DNA of 63,690 nt, the filler included, from Octopus bimaculoides (taxonomy: Eukaryota), in NCBI RefSeq assembly GCF_001194135.2. It is 4 parts of 4 records of this genome, joined end to end, with 100 filler letters (N's around TTAATTAATTAA, not from the genome) between each part and the next. Parts side by side here need not be neighbours in the genome. Positions count along the whole stretch, not along the records: positions 37,894 to 61,313 come from NC_068985.1; positions 61,414 to 63,690 come from NC_068995.1; 2 more parts are not named here. One strand, given 5' to 3'. Under the pieces are notes generated by a model, which did not search any database, was not told the origin of the DNA, and saw nothing but the letters and a program-made list of their open reading frames with translations. Made by a program: the position numbers and the translations under genes. This document shows positions 51,293 through 63,690 of this stretch, piece after piece (positions within the stretch are counted from its first letter, which is position 1; each line of letters starts with the position of its first letter).

Positions 51293-53923
51293 CCTCTCTC
51301 TCTATGTATATTTATATTTAACATCCCTAAAAATATTACAGCAATGGTTGCAATGCTACTAATAGTTGCACTGGTCATTCAAAATTGACCTCGGCCTAAA
51401 CACCACGACCACCACCAACAACAACAAGTTCTTCCCCTTGCAAATTTTCACCTCCTTTCTCTCGTCTTATTCTCTTTCCTTTTCTATATAACTGCATTCT
51501 GTTTCGTTTTAGCCTCTCTCCCATTCCCTAACGCCCTCACTATTTTCATTATCTTACTCGTCCACATTGTCTGCATTCTAAGAAGACATACACAACAATA
51601 ATACATTTACAGTCCCCCCCTCTCTCTCTCTCTCTTTCTCTCTTTCTCTTTAAAACACCCCCATCGTTCAGCCTGTCTCACATCCCCCAACGAATATCTC
51701 CCTCGCCGTCTCAATCTATATACAATCTGTTTATGTGGGTATTGGTTTGCACTAGTGTCGCCATACAGACATGAATAAAAAAAAATATACATATGTGTAC
51801 ATATATATATATATATATCTGTGTTTGTGTGCATGTGTGTGCATATATGTACTTGCAGTAATGTATATATACACATATACATTTGTATGAATGTATATAT
51901 GTATACATATACATATACATACATACATATACCAATATACATACATACATATAACAATATACATATATGCATATACATACATGTCTACATATATTACACG
52001 CACATGTATATATAATGTGTATAATTCAATAAATTTCTTTTTTATTTCATTTGGTTGTGGCATCGAAAACTGATAACTACGTGATTCTAATAGTCGACGA
52101 ATGGCTGCTTCATAAATCACATTTTCTCTTATGTAGATTAGTGACACACGCACACACGCACGTAAATAGATGCACATTCTAATTGTAACCCAGATTCACA
52201 TATATACACACACATACTTCCATGTGTATGTACATGTATTTACGCACAAAGTCGGATAAATAAAAATGTATATAAAATATAAAAAGTGTATATATGCACG
52301 GATATATATATAGAGAGAGAGAGAGTATATGTCTGTGATTGTGGAATATATACGTTTAATACACACAAACACTTAAACACACACGCAAATACATACAGAC
52401 GGACAAATAGATATAGGATTTACAGGAGTACCACGTACTTTGTTTAGTAGGTGGTATCTGCAAGCCTGGTTCATGCAAACGGACACATATATATATAGAT
52501 AGATATACATATATATATATATATATATATGCATGCATATATACATATATATATATATACATATATATACATATACATATATATACATATACATATATAT
52601 ACATATACATACATATATATAGATTTAGATATATATATAGATATATGTATAAGTGTGTGTGTCTGCTTGGGGATATATATATATATATATATANNNNNNN
52701 NNNNNNNNNNNNNNNNNNNNNNNNNNNNNNNNNNNNNNNNNNNNNNNNNNNNNNNNNNNNNNNNNNNNNNNNNNNNNNNNNNNNNNNNNNNNNNNNNNNN
52801 NNNNNNNNNNNNNNNNNNNNNNNNNNNNNNNNNNNNNNNNNNNNNNNNNNNNNNNNNNNNNNNNNNNNNNNNNNNNNNNNNNNNNNNNNNNNNNNNNNNN
52901 NNNNNNNNNNNNNNNNNNNNNNNNNNNNNNNNNNNNNNNNNNNNNNNNNNNNNNNNNNNNNNNNNNNNNNNNNNNNNNNNNNNNNNNNNNNNNNNNNNNN
53001 NNNNNNNNNNNNNNNNNNNNNNNNNNNNNNNNNNNNNNNNNNNNNNNNNNNNNNNNNNNNNNNNNNNNNNNNNNNNNNNNNNNNNNNNNNNNNNNNNNNN
53101 NNNNNNNNNNNNNNNNNNNNNNNNNNNNNNNNNNNNNNNNNNNNNNNNNNNNNNNNNNNNNNNNNNNNNNNNNNNNNNNNNNNNNNNNNNNNNNNNNNNN
53201 NNNNNNNNNNNNNNNNNNNNNNNNNNNNNNNNNNNNNNNNNNNNNNNNNNNNNNNNNNNNNNNNNNNNNNNNNNNNNNNNNNNNNNNNNNNNNNNNNNNN
53301 NNNNNNNNNNNNNNNNNNNNNNNNNNNNNNNNNNNNNNNNNNNNNNNNNNNNNNNNNNNNNNNNNNNNNNNNNNNNNNNNNNNNNNNNNNNNNNNNNNNN
53401 NNNNNNNNNNNNNNNNNNNNNNNNNNNNNNNNNNNNNNNNNNNNNNNNNNNNNNNNNNNNNNNNNNNNNNNNNNNNNNNNNNNNNNNNNNNNNNNNNNNN
53501 NNNNNNNNNNNNNNNNNNNNNNNNNNNNNNNNNNNNNNNNNNNNNNNNNNNNNNNNNNNNNNNNNNNNNNNNNNNNNNNNNNNNNNNNNNNNNNNNNNNN
53601 NNNNNNNNNNNNNNNNNNNNNNNNNNNNNNNNNNNNNNNNNNNNNNNNNNNNNNNNNNNNNNNNNNNNNNNNNNNNNNNNNNNNNNNNNATATATACATA
53701 CATATATATACATATATATACATATATATATACATATATATATGTATATGTATAAGTGTGTGTGTGTGTATATATATATATACATACTTATGGGTGTGCG
53801 TGTGTATGCATGTATATAGACCTGTGAACCTAGCCCATGTACATGTTATCCGGTCTCTCTTCTATTTCTGTATTTTGCTTCCTCATTTTATTCCGTTTCC
53901 AGTCTCTTCTGGACTTTTATCTT

Positions 53924-53959
53924 GTATCCGATGAAAGACATATGTCCGAAACGTTGTAC
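53924..53959 (+). ncRNA. Minimal type-I hammerhead fold, CCGAUGA core, AACGTT stem III
   Basis: GTAT-CCGATGA-AA-GAC(ATAT)GTC-C-GAAA-CG-TT-GTAC. A.C mismatch at the base of stem II. Confidence 0.7.
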
Positions 53960-54068
53960 TTTTACTCTACAAGTTTTGCTCTGTGACTTCGTTTGTGTGT
54001 CAGTCAAATAACATCAACTGTGAGGCCCCGTGGATTTTTCTTGTGTTTTATTATTTGTATTTGCTCCG

Positions 54069-54154
<86 letters not shown>

Positions 54155-54753
54155 GCTGGGAAATGCTAGTGTAATTATGGATAGATAATTTCTAAGTATT
54201 GCACAGAAGGATCGAATTAAAAAACTCCAATTTCCTAAACAGTGTCTGGTATTCCAGATGTATTCACGTATTAAGATTCGTGCGAGTCGATATCTATATG
54301 TTTATCGTTAATCGTGATTCATTATTACACCTGTATACATTGCATGCATTATTACATCAACTATTTACCGATCATTTGGAACAGTTGTAGAGACAAAAAC
54401 CTGCTTACATATAAAATGTATATGAAATTTTTCAGATAAATATATTTAATATCCCTATAAGTGTTTGTCTATCCTTCATCCGTCGCTAATTTATGCGCGG
54501 TTTAGGGAGGAAAACGGTTAAATTTCTGAAGAGAAGACGAAAAAATAACGAACCGCCATCTCTTGATTTTTCTTCAGCATATCAGTAGTATAGTAAGAAT
54601 GTGTTTGCATTCTTATTTAACCCACACTGCGTTTTTATAGTATCAAATATTATTTCTGTTTTTCTGACTTCAACTGTAGTTTTGCGCTGCAACAAAAACA
54701 TACTCGGGTGTTGAAATTATTGACTGAACCTCGTCAGAAAATTAGAATACAAT

Positions 54754-54984
54754 GGCGGCGAGCTGGCAGAAACGTTAGTGAGCCGGGGGAAATGCTCAGC
54801 GGTATTTCATCTACCGTTGCGTTCTGAGTTCAAATTCCGCCGAGGTCGACTTTGCCTTTGATCCTTTCGGGGTCGATTAAATACGTACCAGTTATACACT
54901 GGGGTCGATATAATCGACTTAATCCGTTTGTCTGTCCTTGTTTGTCCCCTCTGTGTGTAACCCCTTGGGGGCAGTAAAGAAATA
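54754..54984 (+). mobile_element. Family B SINE, full length, with 18-bp TSD
   Basis: TSD AGAAAATTAGAATACAAT at 54736-54753 and 54985-55002. Confidence 0.92.
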
Positions 54985-55686
54985 AGAAAATTAGAATACA
55001 ATGAAGACGTCTGTGAACTCTTAATAGGGAATTTAGAAAGCAAGTACCTAAGATGTATTTTCAGTTTCATACCTGATATTATTGAAGCAACAGAATGTGT
55101 ACCAACCCACCTTGAGCAAAGCATGGCTGAACTTGGATTCTTGCGGAAATGTTCGCAATATCTGCGACAATAAAAATCTGCAAGAGCTTCTAAAGATTTT
55201 GAACTATGGTGAACTAAGCAAGATGCTTTCCTTCATAGCCGTACAACCTAGATGGTCTGTCAAAAATTACCTCAAAATCAAACGGAGAAAGAAACGAAAC
55301 ACGTATGCGTATATATTGAATTTGCATTCTCTTACCTTGGAGGGACACATCGATGTTCTTGAAGAGACCCACATAGAATATAAAGACATATATATGTAAT
55401 AAACATGTATGTATATATGTACACACATACACACACACACGCACACAAACACGCGCACACGGACACACATACACTCAGACATATATTCATAAGAGCTTGT
55501 TATGTATACATGGTACGCTCCACTACTGTCCACGTGTAAGTATGAATGCGTGAGAGTTACAACATATCTATACACAAGGAATACAAACACATAATTAAAC
55601 ACCAAAATTATTGCTAATTATGTATTGAAAATATGAAAATACTCCTCAAGCTTAGCCAAATGAAGATGTTAAAGTGTGAAGCATTG

Positions 55687-55734
<48 letters not shown>

Positions 55735-56523
55735 GTATGTATGTATATATATGTATAATGTATGTATGTATGTGTGTGCGTCTGTGTGTATATCATATAT
55801 ATGTATATGTACAAACAATTATGCACACACACGCGCATATATATTAGGTGTGTATATGTGTGTGTATGTATTCATGTATGTATAGGCGCATGCATATAGA
55901 CACACATATATGATTGATAGATATTGTATATTGATATATGAGTATGCTCATAAAAAATAGATATATCTTGTTTTTATATACGTGATATATATAATTTATA
56001 ATTTTGTTTCTTCTATATTGACATCAGTTATGTTCAATTTACGTGACTGTCTGTAACTGATTTCTCCTCTCGTAGTTAAAATGTCTATCTCTTCAGATTA
56101 TATTATTCTTTCACTGGTTTCACTCATTGGCCGGCGACCATTCCGAGGTACCATGTAGATTTTACTATGTGCTTTGTAGTCTGGTAAATCTTTATTAATC
56201 TCTATATCTCAAACTGCTACAACGAAACGCTATCATAAGTTACAAGCATAAGCATATTCACAGACCCGTATACACAAATTCTCTCCCGCAAACACACATG
56301 CATACATATATGCAAATGTGCACTTGAAATGTGCAAATATTGAACACTGACACACAAACATGCACAAATACTTCGTTAATGTATAAAATTTGACTTAAAG
56401 AGCCCTAGGTGTAGGCCAGGAAGAAATATAGAAATAAAACTAAACAATAACATAGAATCCAGGCGTATATATATATACATACATATAATATATATATACA
56501 TACATACATATATATACATACAT

Positions 56524-56572
<49 letters not shown>

Positions 56573-56849
56573 NNNNNNNNNNNNNNNNNNNNNNNNNNNN
56601 NNNNNNNNNNNNNNNNNNNNNNNNNNNNNNNNNNNNNNNNNNNNNNNNNNNNNNNNNNNNNNNNNNNNNNNNNNNNNNNNNNNNNNNNNNNNNNNNNNNN
56701 NNNNNNNNNNNNNNNNNNNNNTATATATATGATTTGATTTAGTAGCATTTCCCCAGAAGTCATAAGTGCTATAAGCTTCTTATCGCCCTGTCTAGATGTT
56801 AGACATCATTGCTTCTAACAAACTTGCATCTTCAGAACCCACGAATTAC

Positions 56850-57240
56850 CAAAACCCTACCTGCTACCCTCTAGGAAGAACATATCTTTCAAGGATTGTA
56901 GTCACTCTTACAGTATTACAATAGAATCAAAAGACACTACACTGTCATGTCGGAAATGCCTTCAAGAGAATATACCCGTAGCAAATACATTCGCTAAGGT
57001 GCAATGATGGAGAAAACTCAGACTTTGTCTCGTTTTCTCTGGAGACTTTGTGGAATCAAAACCAAACCCCAACATTGAATGGACGATCATCGAGTGGGCC
57101 CCTCGTTACTCACACAGCGCCAGCCATTGCAAGCTACAACTCTGTGAAAGATCCAATAAGCAGCAGCTTCTATCAATAAGAAATACGAACTATCTTATTG
57201 CTACCTTCAGAGGAACACTCCTGGTGAAATTCGAAACACT
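56850..57240 (+). mobile_element. Penelope-like GIY-YIG C-terminal remnant
   Basis: LSRFLWRL...PNIEWTIIEWAPRYSHSASHCKLQLCE...INKKYELSYC, homologous to 27420-27645. Confidence 0.55.
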
Positions 57241-58559
57241 GGCTGTCATTCCACTTTAAAATACCCGCTCCTCCAATCACGCAAGCGGCCCTCAGCCGGT
57301 GTACCCACCACCACCACCAACCACCACAACCACCAACCACCACCACCACCAACCACCACCATCTAATTTCTCTTGGTCTTCTTTTGGGTCACGTTCAGTT
57401 ATTTTCATGCCATATTGTTTAACATGTTTTAGCATACAGTAACAGGTTTCCCTTCGTNNNNNNNNNNNNNNNNNNNNNNNNNNNNNNNNNNNNNNNNNNN
57501 NNNNNNNNNNNNNNNNNNNNNNNNNNNNNNNNNNNNNNNNNNNNNNNNNNNNNNNNNNNNNNNNNNNNNNNNNNNNNNNNNNNNNNNNNNNNNNNNNNNN
57601 NNNNNNNNNNNNNNNNNNNNNNNNNNNNNNNNNNNNNNNNNNNNNNNNNNNNNNNNNNNNNNNNNNNNNNNNNNNNNNNNNNNNNNNNNNNNNNNNNNNN
57701 NNNNNNNNNNNNNNNNNNNNNNNNNNNNNNNNNNNNNNNNNNNNNNNNNNNNNNNNNNNNNNNNNNNNNNNNNNNNNNNNNNNNNNNNNNNNNNNNNNNN
57801 NNNNNNNNNNNNNNNNNNNNNNNNNNNNNNNNNNNNNNNNNNNNNNNNNNNNNNNNNNNNNNNNNNNNNNNNNNNNNNNNNNNNNNNNNNNNNNNNNNNN
57901 NNNNNNNNNNNNNNNNNNNNNNNNNNNNNNNNNNNNNNNNNNNNNNNNNNNNNNNNNNNNNNNNNNNNNNNNNNNNNNNNNNNNNNNNNNNNNNNNNNNN
58001 NNNNNNNNNNNNNNNNNNNNNNNNNNNNNNNNNNNNNNNNNNNNNNNNNNNNNNNNNNNNNNNNNNNNNNNNNNNNNNNNNNNNNNNNNNNNNNNNNNNN
58101 NNNNNNNNNNNNNNNNNNNNNNNNNNNNNNNNNNNNNNNNNNNNNNNNNNNNNNNNNNNNNNNNNNNNNNNNNNNNNNNNNNNNNNNNNNNNNNNNNNNN
58201 NNNNNNNNNNNNNNNNNNNNNNNNNNNNNNNNNNNNNNNNNNNNNNNNNNNNNNNNNNNNNNNNNNNNNNNNNNNNNNNNNNNNNNNNNNNNNNNNNNNN
58301 NNNNNNNNNNNNNNNNNNNNNNNNNNTATATATATATACACATATGTATTAAGGTGTTCTAAGAGTAATTACCTATTATCAAGACGAAGAGGAAAATGCT
58401 ATTTAAGTTTAATTAAATAACAGTTATTAATAACATAATGACCGCCATTATCGATGATTGCCGCCCAACAGGAAGGCAAATTTTCGATTAGTCGTTAAGT
58501 AAAATTATGTTATGTCTTTTTTTCTTTAGTCTTTTCGAAAAAATTTTGACGTCACCTTT

Positions 58560-58720
58560 CTTCCACCATGTGTCTTTTATTTTAAGTTCCAGTTGGAATG
58601 GAAAGTGAGGATGGAGAGGGAAGATCTATCTCTCAGCAAATTTGTAGAAAGACTGGTGACTGTGGCAAAATGGCTACGATGAATGGGCCAACTCTGGCCA
58701 GGGTAATCCTGATTTTGTGG
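58560..58720 (+). mobile_element. Possible L1/Tx1-like ORF2 extreme C-terminus remnant
   Basis: FKFQLEWKVRMEREDLSLSKFVERLVTVAK, then (frameshift) MNGPTL. The resemblance to L1/Tx1 ends is from recollection only. Confidence 0.35.
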
Positions 58721-59109
58721 AGCTCCTTGATTGGCTCTAGTTGGCGTTTTTGTTTCTCAGGAGGACAGCAGCATTCATATTATCACATACCTTCAATACT
58801 AAGATTACTTTTATTGCATTTCATTGACTTTTCCATTTCTTTCTTCCAGACTTTTATGTAAACATTCAAACAAATTACTGACTGTACTTGTGATGTTCGC
58901 CTCCATATATGACTCTGTGGTATAGGAAAGAAACTATCACCACCACCACCACCACCACCACCAGTAGTAGTAATAGCAGTAGTAGTGCTCCGGTTGAATT
59001 GTTGTTGCTCAGCACTTTTTAAAGGAAAACAAATAACAGTAATATTGGCACAAGGCCAGCAAATTCGGCACAAGGCCTGCAATTTCGAGGAAGGGCCAAG
59101 ACAGTTACA

Positions 59110-59220
59110 TCGACCACAGTGCTCAACTGGTACTTATTTTATCGACCTCGAAAAGATGAAAGTCAAAGACGACTCCCGCGGAATTTGAACTAAGCGGTCT
59201 TTCGCCCGCCGTTCTAAGAG
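59110..59220 (-). mobile_element. Family B SINE fragment
   Basis: CTGGTACTTATTTTATCGACCTCGAAAAGATGAAAGTCAAAG...GCGGAATTTGAAC. Confidence 0.7.
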
Positions 59221-59323
59221 GACAGGAACATACGATCTGCTGTTGGATTTCATTCCTGAGAAACAACCCTAGTAACGTAGGAGATGGTGCTTGGCAGTTC
59301 AAGCGCTCCGGTGACATAGCGAA

Positions 59324-59368
59324 CTCTGACACACCGGTGTTTCAGTATAATTGAGCCTCCTCAGACAG
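59324..59368 (-). ncRNA. Degenerate hammerhead fold
   Basis: Minus strand reads CTGT-CTGAGGA-GGCTCAATTATACT-GAAA-CAC(CGGT)GTG-TC-AGAG. The core is intact but stem II is weak. Confidence 0.45.
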
Positions 59369-60157
59369 AAATACTACCGAGAACTTTGAAACTAAAGCGG
59401 AATGGTTACAAATGACTCCTAACAGGTATAGTGGAAAATAATAAATAGATATCATAAATTCAATTTATAAGCGTGAGTATTGATGACGATAATATTGATT
59501 ATAGATTATAATGTTGATTATAAATATTGCTTATATGAAATAATAAGCTGTACTACTTCGAGTGAAGTATTTCGTAAAAATTTCACAGATGCAATACGTA
59601 AGGAAAATTCTAGTAACTGTGATTCACAATAATGAAATATTGAACATCACCTCTGGAACAGAAATAATACAAAAAGAAATACAAACGTTGTCAAATATAT
59701 CAATCTAATAAACCAATATTAAATAAGTTAGGATCTTGATTCCTTAGGTACTACCGGGTGTTGCTTGCAGTACATACAAATTTGTCTCTCTGTTTGTCTG
59801 TCTCTATCTATCTATCTAACTATCTATCTGTCTGTCTGTCTTTCTGTCTATCTGTCTGTCTGTCTGTCTTTTCTCTGTCTGTCTATCTATCTATCTATCT
59901 ATCTATCTATATGTACAAATATAATACACACACAAGCATATAACCACACATATATATATATATACGTGTGTGTGTGTGCGTGTGTGTGTGTGTGCGCGCA
60001 TATGTGTGTGTGTGTTTTGGGTGGGGTTGATCAATTGCACATATCTACATACTTGTTTAAACATATACATACATACATACATATATATATATATATATGA
60101 ATTGATACGCACGCACACATGGATCGATAGATACATGTACAAATACAAACACATGAT

Positions 60158-60198
<41 letters not shown>

Positions 60199-60855
60199 TA
60201 TATNNNNNNNNNNNNNNNNNNNNNNNNNNNNNNNNNNNNNNNNNNNNNNNNNNNNNNNNNNNNNNNNNNNNNNNNNNNNNNNNNNNNNNNNNNNNNNNNN
60301 NNNNNNNNNNNNNNNNNNNNNNNNNNNNNNNNNNNNNNNNNNNNNNNNNNNNNNNNNNNNNNNNNNNNNNNNNNNNNNNNNNNNNNNNNNNNNNNNNNNN
60401 NNNNNNNNNNNNNNNNNNNNNNNNNNNNNNNNNNNNNNNNNNNNNNNNNNNNNNNNNNNNNNNNNNNNNNNNNNNNNNNNNNNNNNNNNNNNNNNNNNNN
60501 NNNNNNNNNNNNNNNNNNNNNNNNNNNNNNNNNNNNNNNNNNNNNNNNNNNNNNNNNNNNNNNNNNNNNNNNNNNNNNNNNNNNNNNNNNNNNNNNNNNN
60601 NNNNNNNNNNNNNNNNNNNNNNNNNNNNNNNNNNNNNNNNNNNNNNNNNNNNNNNNNNNNNNNNNNNNNNNNNNNNNNNNNNNNNNNNNNNNNNNNNNNN
60701 NNNNNNNNNNNNNNNNNNNNNNNNNNNNNNNNNNNNNNNNNNNNNNNNNNNNNNNNNNNNNNNNNNNNNNNNNNNNNNNNNNNNNNNNNNNNNNNNNNNN
60801 NNNNNNNNNNNNNNNNNNNNNNNNNNNNNNNNNNNNNNNNNNNNNNNNNNNNNNN

Positions 60856-60896
<41 letters not shown>

Positions 60897-61268
60897 CCTA
60901 TATAGATATTCATACACAAGTATATGTTACAAATACATTCTCTCCACACGCACAGATATATATATATTCATAGGCATCTGTATATATATATGTGTGTGTG
61001 TGTAGGTATATATCTTTATATACATATCTATATATAATACATCGTGTATGGACAAACAAATATGTATGTACATGCGTATACACACGTCTATATTTACCCC
61101 CGTGTATATAAAACTACGACTACATGCACAGACGCTCTCACATATATTCACCTAGTGTTTATATTATAATCATGGTTATTAATTTAGAAGACACACACTC
61201 ACAAACATACACGCAGACACATACATATATACATGCATACACATATACTTACATACATAATTATAGGT

Positions 61269-61313
<45 letters not shown>

Positions 61314-61488
61314 NNNNNNNNNNNNNNNNNNNNNNNNNNNNNNNNNNNNNNNNNNNNTTAATTAATTAANNNNNNNNNNNNNNNNNNNNNNNNNNNNNNN
61401 NNNNNNNNNNNNNTATGTAAACACAGACTTATCTGCACACATATGCTGACGTATAAATCACATCATACATACATACAACATACATACA

Positions 61489-61530
<42 letters not shown>

Positions 61531-61783
61531 CATTCATTCAGACATATGTCGATCAAGTATGACCATGTTTTGTGTTTGTTTTACTATCGGTTAAACGAAA
61601 GAAAGAAAACGGTTTTTACTCATCTTGCAATGACAGAGATATTCAATAGTTTGGTAGAACCAAACAAACTCCTACTGCACACCTATATTACCTCAATGGA
61701 TAATGTCACGTGGCCGATCATAGGCACTCAACTGTTTCCCACGCTTACGTTTTGGTTTTTGTTGCACGTACCTTTCCTTTAAC

Positions 61784-61930
61784 AGACGTTCCGTCGGTTA
61801 CGACCTGGAGGAGTTCCAGTCGATCCGATCAACAGCACAGTCTGCTCATGAGATTAATGTGAAATTGGCTGGCTAAGTACTTCACAGACACGCGTACTCT
61901 TGACGTAGACCTCAAGGAGATTCAGCACAG
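61784..61930 (-). mobile_element. Family C SINE tail fragment
   Basis: CCGTCGGTTACGACC...GATCCGATCAACAGCACAG...ACAGACACGCGTACTCTTGACGTAG. Confidence 0.7.
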
Positions 61931-61962
61931 AGGTCACTCCCGTTTACCATTACCAACACGGT

Positions 61963-62034
<72 letters not shown>

Positions 62035-62120
62035 AGCCAACGATTCAAGTCAACGCACTAGACAGCCATTATAATTACAATTATGAACTTTTCTTTTAGT
62101 TACAATTTTAAAAAAATATG

Positions 62121-62167
62121 TATTTTTGATAAGGTTCGTTTTTTCAAGAACCGAAACATGTAAAATA
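62121..62167 (+). ncRNA. Hammerhead fold with perfect stems and a degenerate core
   Basis: TATTT-TTGATAA-GGTTC(10 nt)GAACC-GAAA-CATG-TA-AAATA. The core differs from CTGATGA at positions 3 and 8. Confidence 0.6.
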
Positions 62168-63690
62168 TCTCTGAGNNNNNNNNNNNNNNNNNNNNNNNNN
62201 NNNNNNNNNNNNNNNNNNNNNNNNNNNNNNNNNNNNNNNNNNNNNNNNNNNNNNNNNNNNNNNNNNNNNNNNNNNNNNNNNNNNNNNNNNNNNNNNNNNN
62301 NNNNNNNNNNNNNNNNNNNNNNNNNNNNNNNNNNNNNNNNNNNNNNNNNNNNNNNNNNNNNNNNNNNNNNNNNNNNNNNNNNNNNNNNNNNNNNNNNNNN
62401 NNNNNNNNNNNNNNNNNNNNNNNNNNNNNNNNNNNNNNNNNNNNNNNNNNNNNNNNNNNNNNNNNNNNNNNNNNNNNNNNNNNNNNNNNNNNNNNNNNNN
62501 NNNNNNNNNNNNNNNNNNNNNNNNNNNNNNNNNNNNNNNNNNNNNNNNNNNNNNNNNNNNNNNNNNNNNNNNNNNNNNNNNNNNNNNNNNNNNNNNNNNN
62601 NNNNNNNNNNNNNNNNNNNNNNNNNNNNNNNNNNNNNNNNNNNNNNNNNNNNNNNNNNNNNNNNNNNNNNNNNNNNNNNNNNNNNNNNNNNNNNNNNNNN
62701 NNNNNNNNNNNNNNNNNNNNNNNNNNNNNNNNNNNNNNNNNNNNNNNNNNNNNNNNNNNNNNNNNNNNNNNNNNNNNNNNNNNNNNNNNNNNNNNNNNNN
62801 NNNNNNNNNNNNNNNNNNNNNNNNNNNNNNNNNNNNNNNNNNNNNNNNNNNNNNNNNNNNNNNNNNNNNNNNNNNNNNNNNNNNNNNNNNNNNNNNNNNN
62901 NNNNNNNNNNNNNNNNNNNNNNNNNNNNNNNNNNNNNNNNNNNNNNNNNNNNNNNNNNNNNNNNNNNNNNNNNNNNNNNNNNNNNNNNNNNNNNNNNNNN
63001 NNNNNNNNNNNNNNNNNNNNNNNNNNNNNNNNNATATTGTTGTACTTGGGGATGGTCATATTGCCAGTTTAGCCAATAAAAACACACGCACTGTATATTT
63101 GGTGTTAACTTGCTTCAGCTTTATATTACATTAATCTTAATCTTATTATATATCTATATATCAGGTGCCGCACATATATATCTCTGTCCATTATTAATTT
63201 TACCGGAAATAAAAAGTTTTAAGTAAATTCTGCTTAATGAATGCATACATGGTTGATGGCTACATTTATGGACCATATTTTCTATATACTTAAAATTCAA
63301 AACAGCCACTTATTTCTAGTCCACTTGTCCTACGTCAAGCCATGATATTAATCCTATGGATGTCGCAATGTAGCCCATAATCACGAGCGGTGTTTCATAC
63401 ATCTCATATTCAAGTGTGCTTTGACCTAAAATATGCTCTTAAATCGTCGTGGTCCACTTTGAAAGGAAGGGTGATGTACAAGCTATGATAAAAGGAAAGT
63501 GTGGCCATTGACAATTGTAAAATATACGTAAAATATTGTCAATAAATATAGCAATAAACCTGTAAACTGTTATTGATCAAGACCTAAACCTTTTTATTTT
63601 ATAAAGGAATAATTGGTAAATATTTAGGCTGCACCAAGTGTGTGTGTGTAATTATTTTTACATGCATATATATCTTTAAATAATTATATA

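Noticed and set aside
55333-55362. Possible 22-nt minus-strand microexon ending AAG/GTAAGA
   Set aside because: Too short to evaluate, with a non-canonical AAG acceptor.
57205-57250. CTGGTGA-AATTC-GAAA-CACTGGCTG-TC hammerhead look-alike
   Set aside because: The core has A6 changed to G, there is no stem II or adjacent stem I, and it overlaps the coding C-terminus of the GIY-YIG remnant.

Overview
AT-rich, microsatellite-saturated animal genomic DNA with about 8 kb of assembly gaps. The SINE repertoire (CORE-type tRNA SINEs with internal (TA)n/(TG)n) and the simple-repeat load suggest an octopus or other cephalopod draft assembly; this is an inference. I found no complete protein-coding gene. 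Most ORFs in the track are microsatellite or N read-throughs. Recognisable coding remnants are all transposon-derived: two Tc1 (DD34E) transposase pieces, a 5'-truncated Penelope-like element (RT + GIY-YIG), two further GIY-YIG C-termini, two HERO/NeSL-like RLE 3' ends, R4/Dong-like RT and RLE pieces, and a possible L1/Tx1 C-terminus. At least four SINE-like families are present and appear to exchange head and tail modules. The main unexplained signal is about ten minimal type-I hammerhead-ribozyme folds on both strands. They fall into several sequence families with palindromic stem III (CAGCTG, AACGTT, ACCGGT, CACCGGTG, ACATGT), and three share a non-canonical CCGAUGA core. One pair sits inside a TSD-flanked, head-to-head palindromic insertion that also carries a tRNA B-box-like remnant. 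There is one weak candidate host exon, on the minus strand at about 31.0-31.1 kb.
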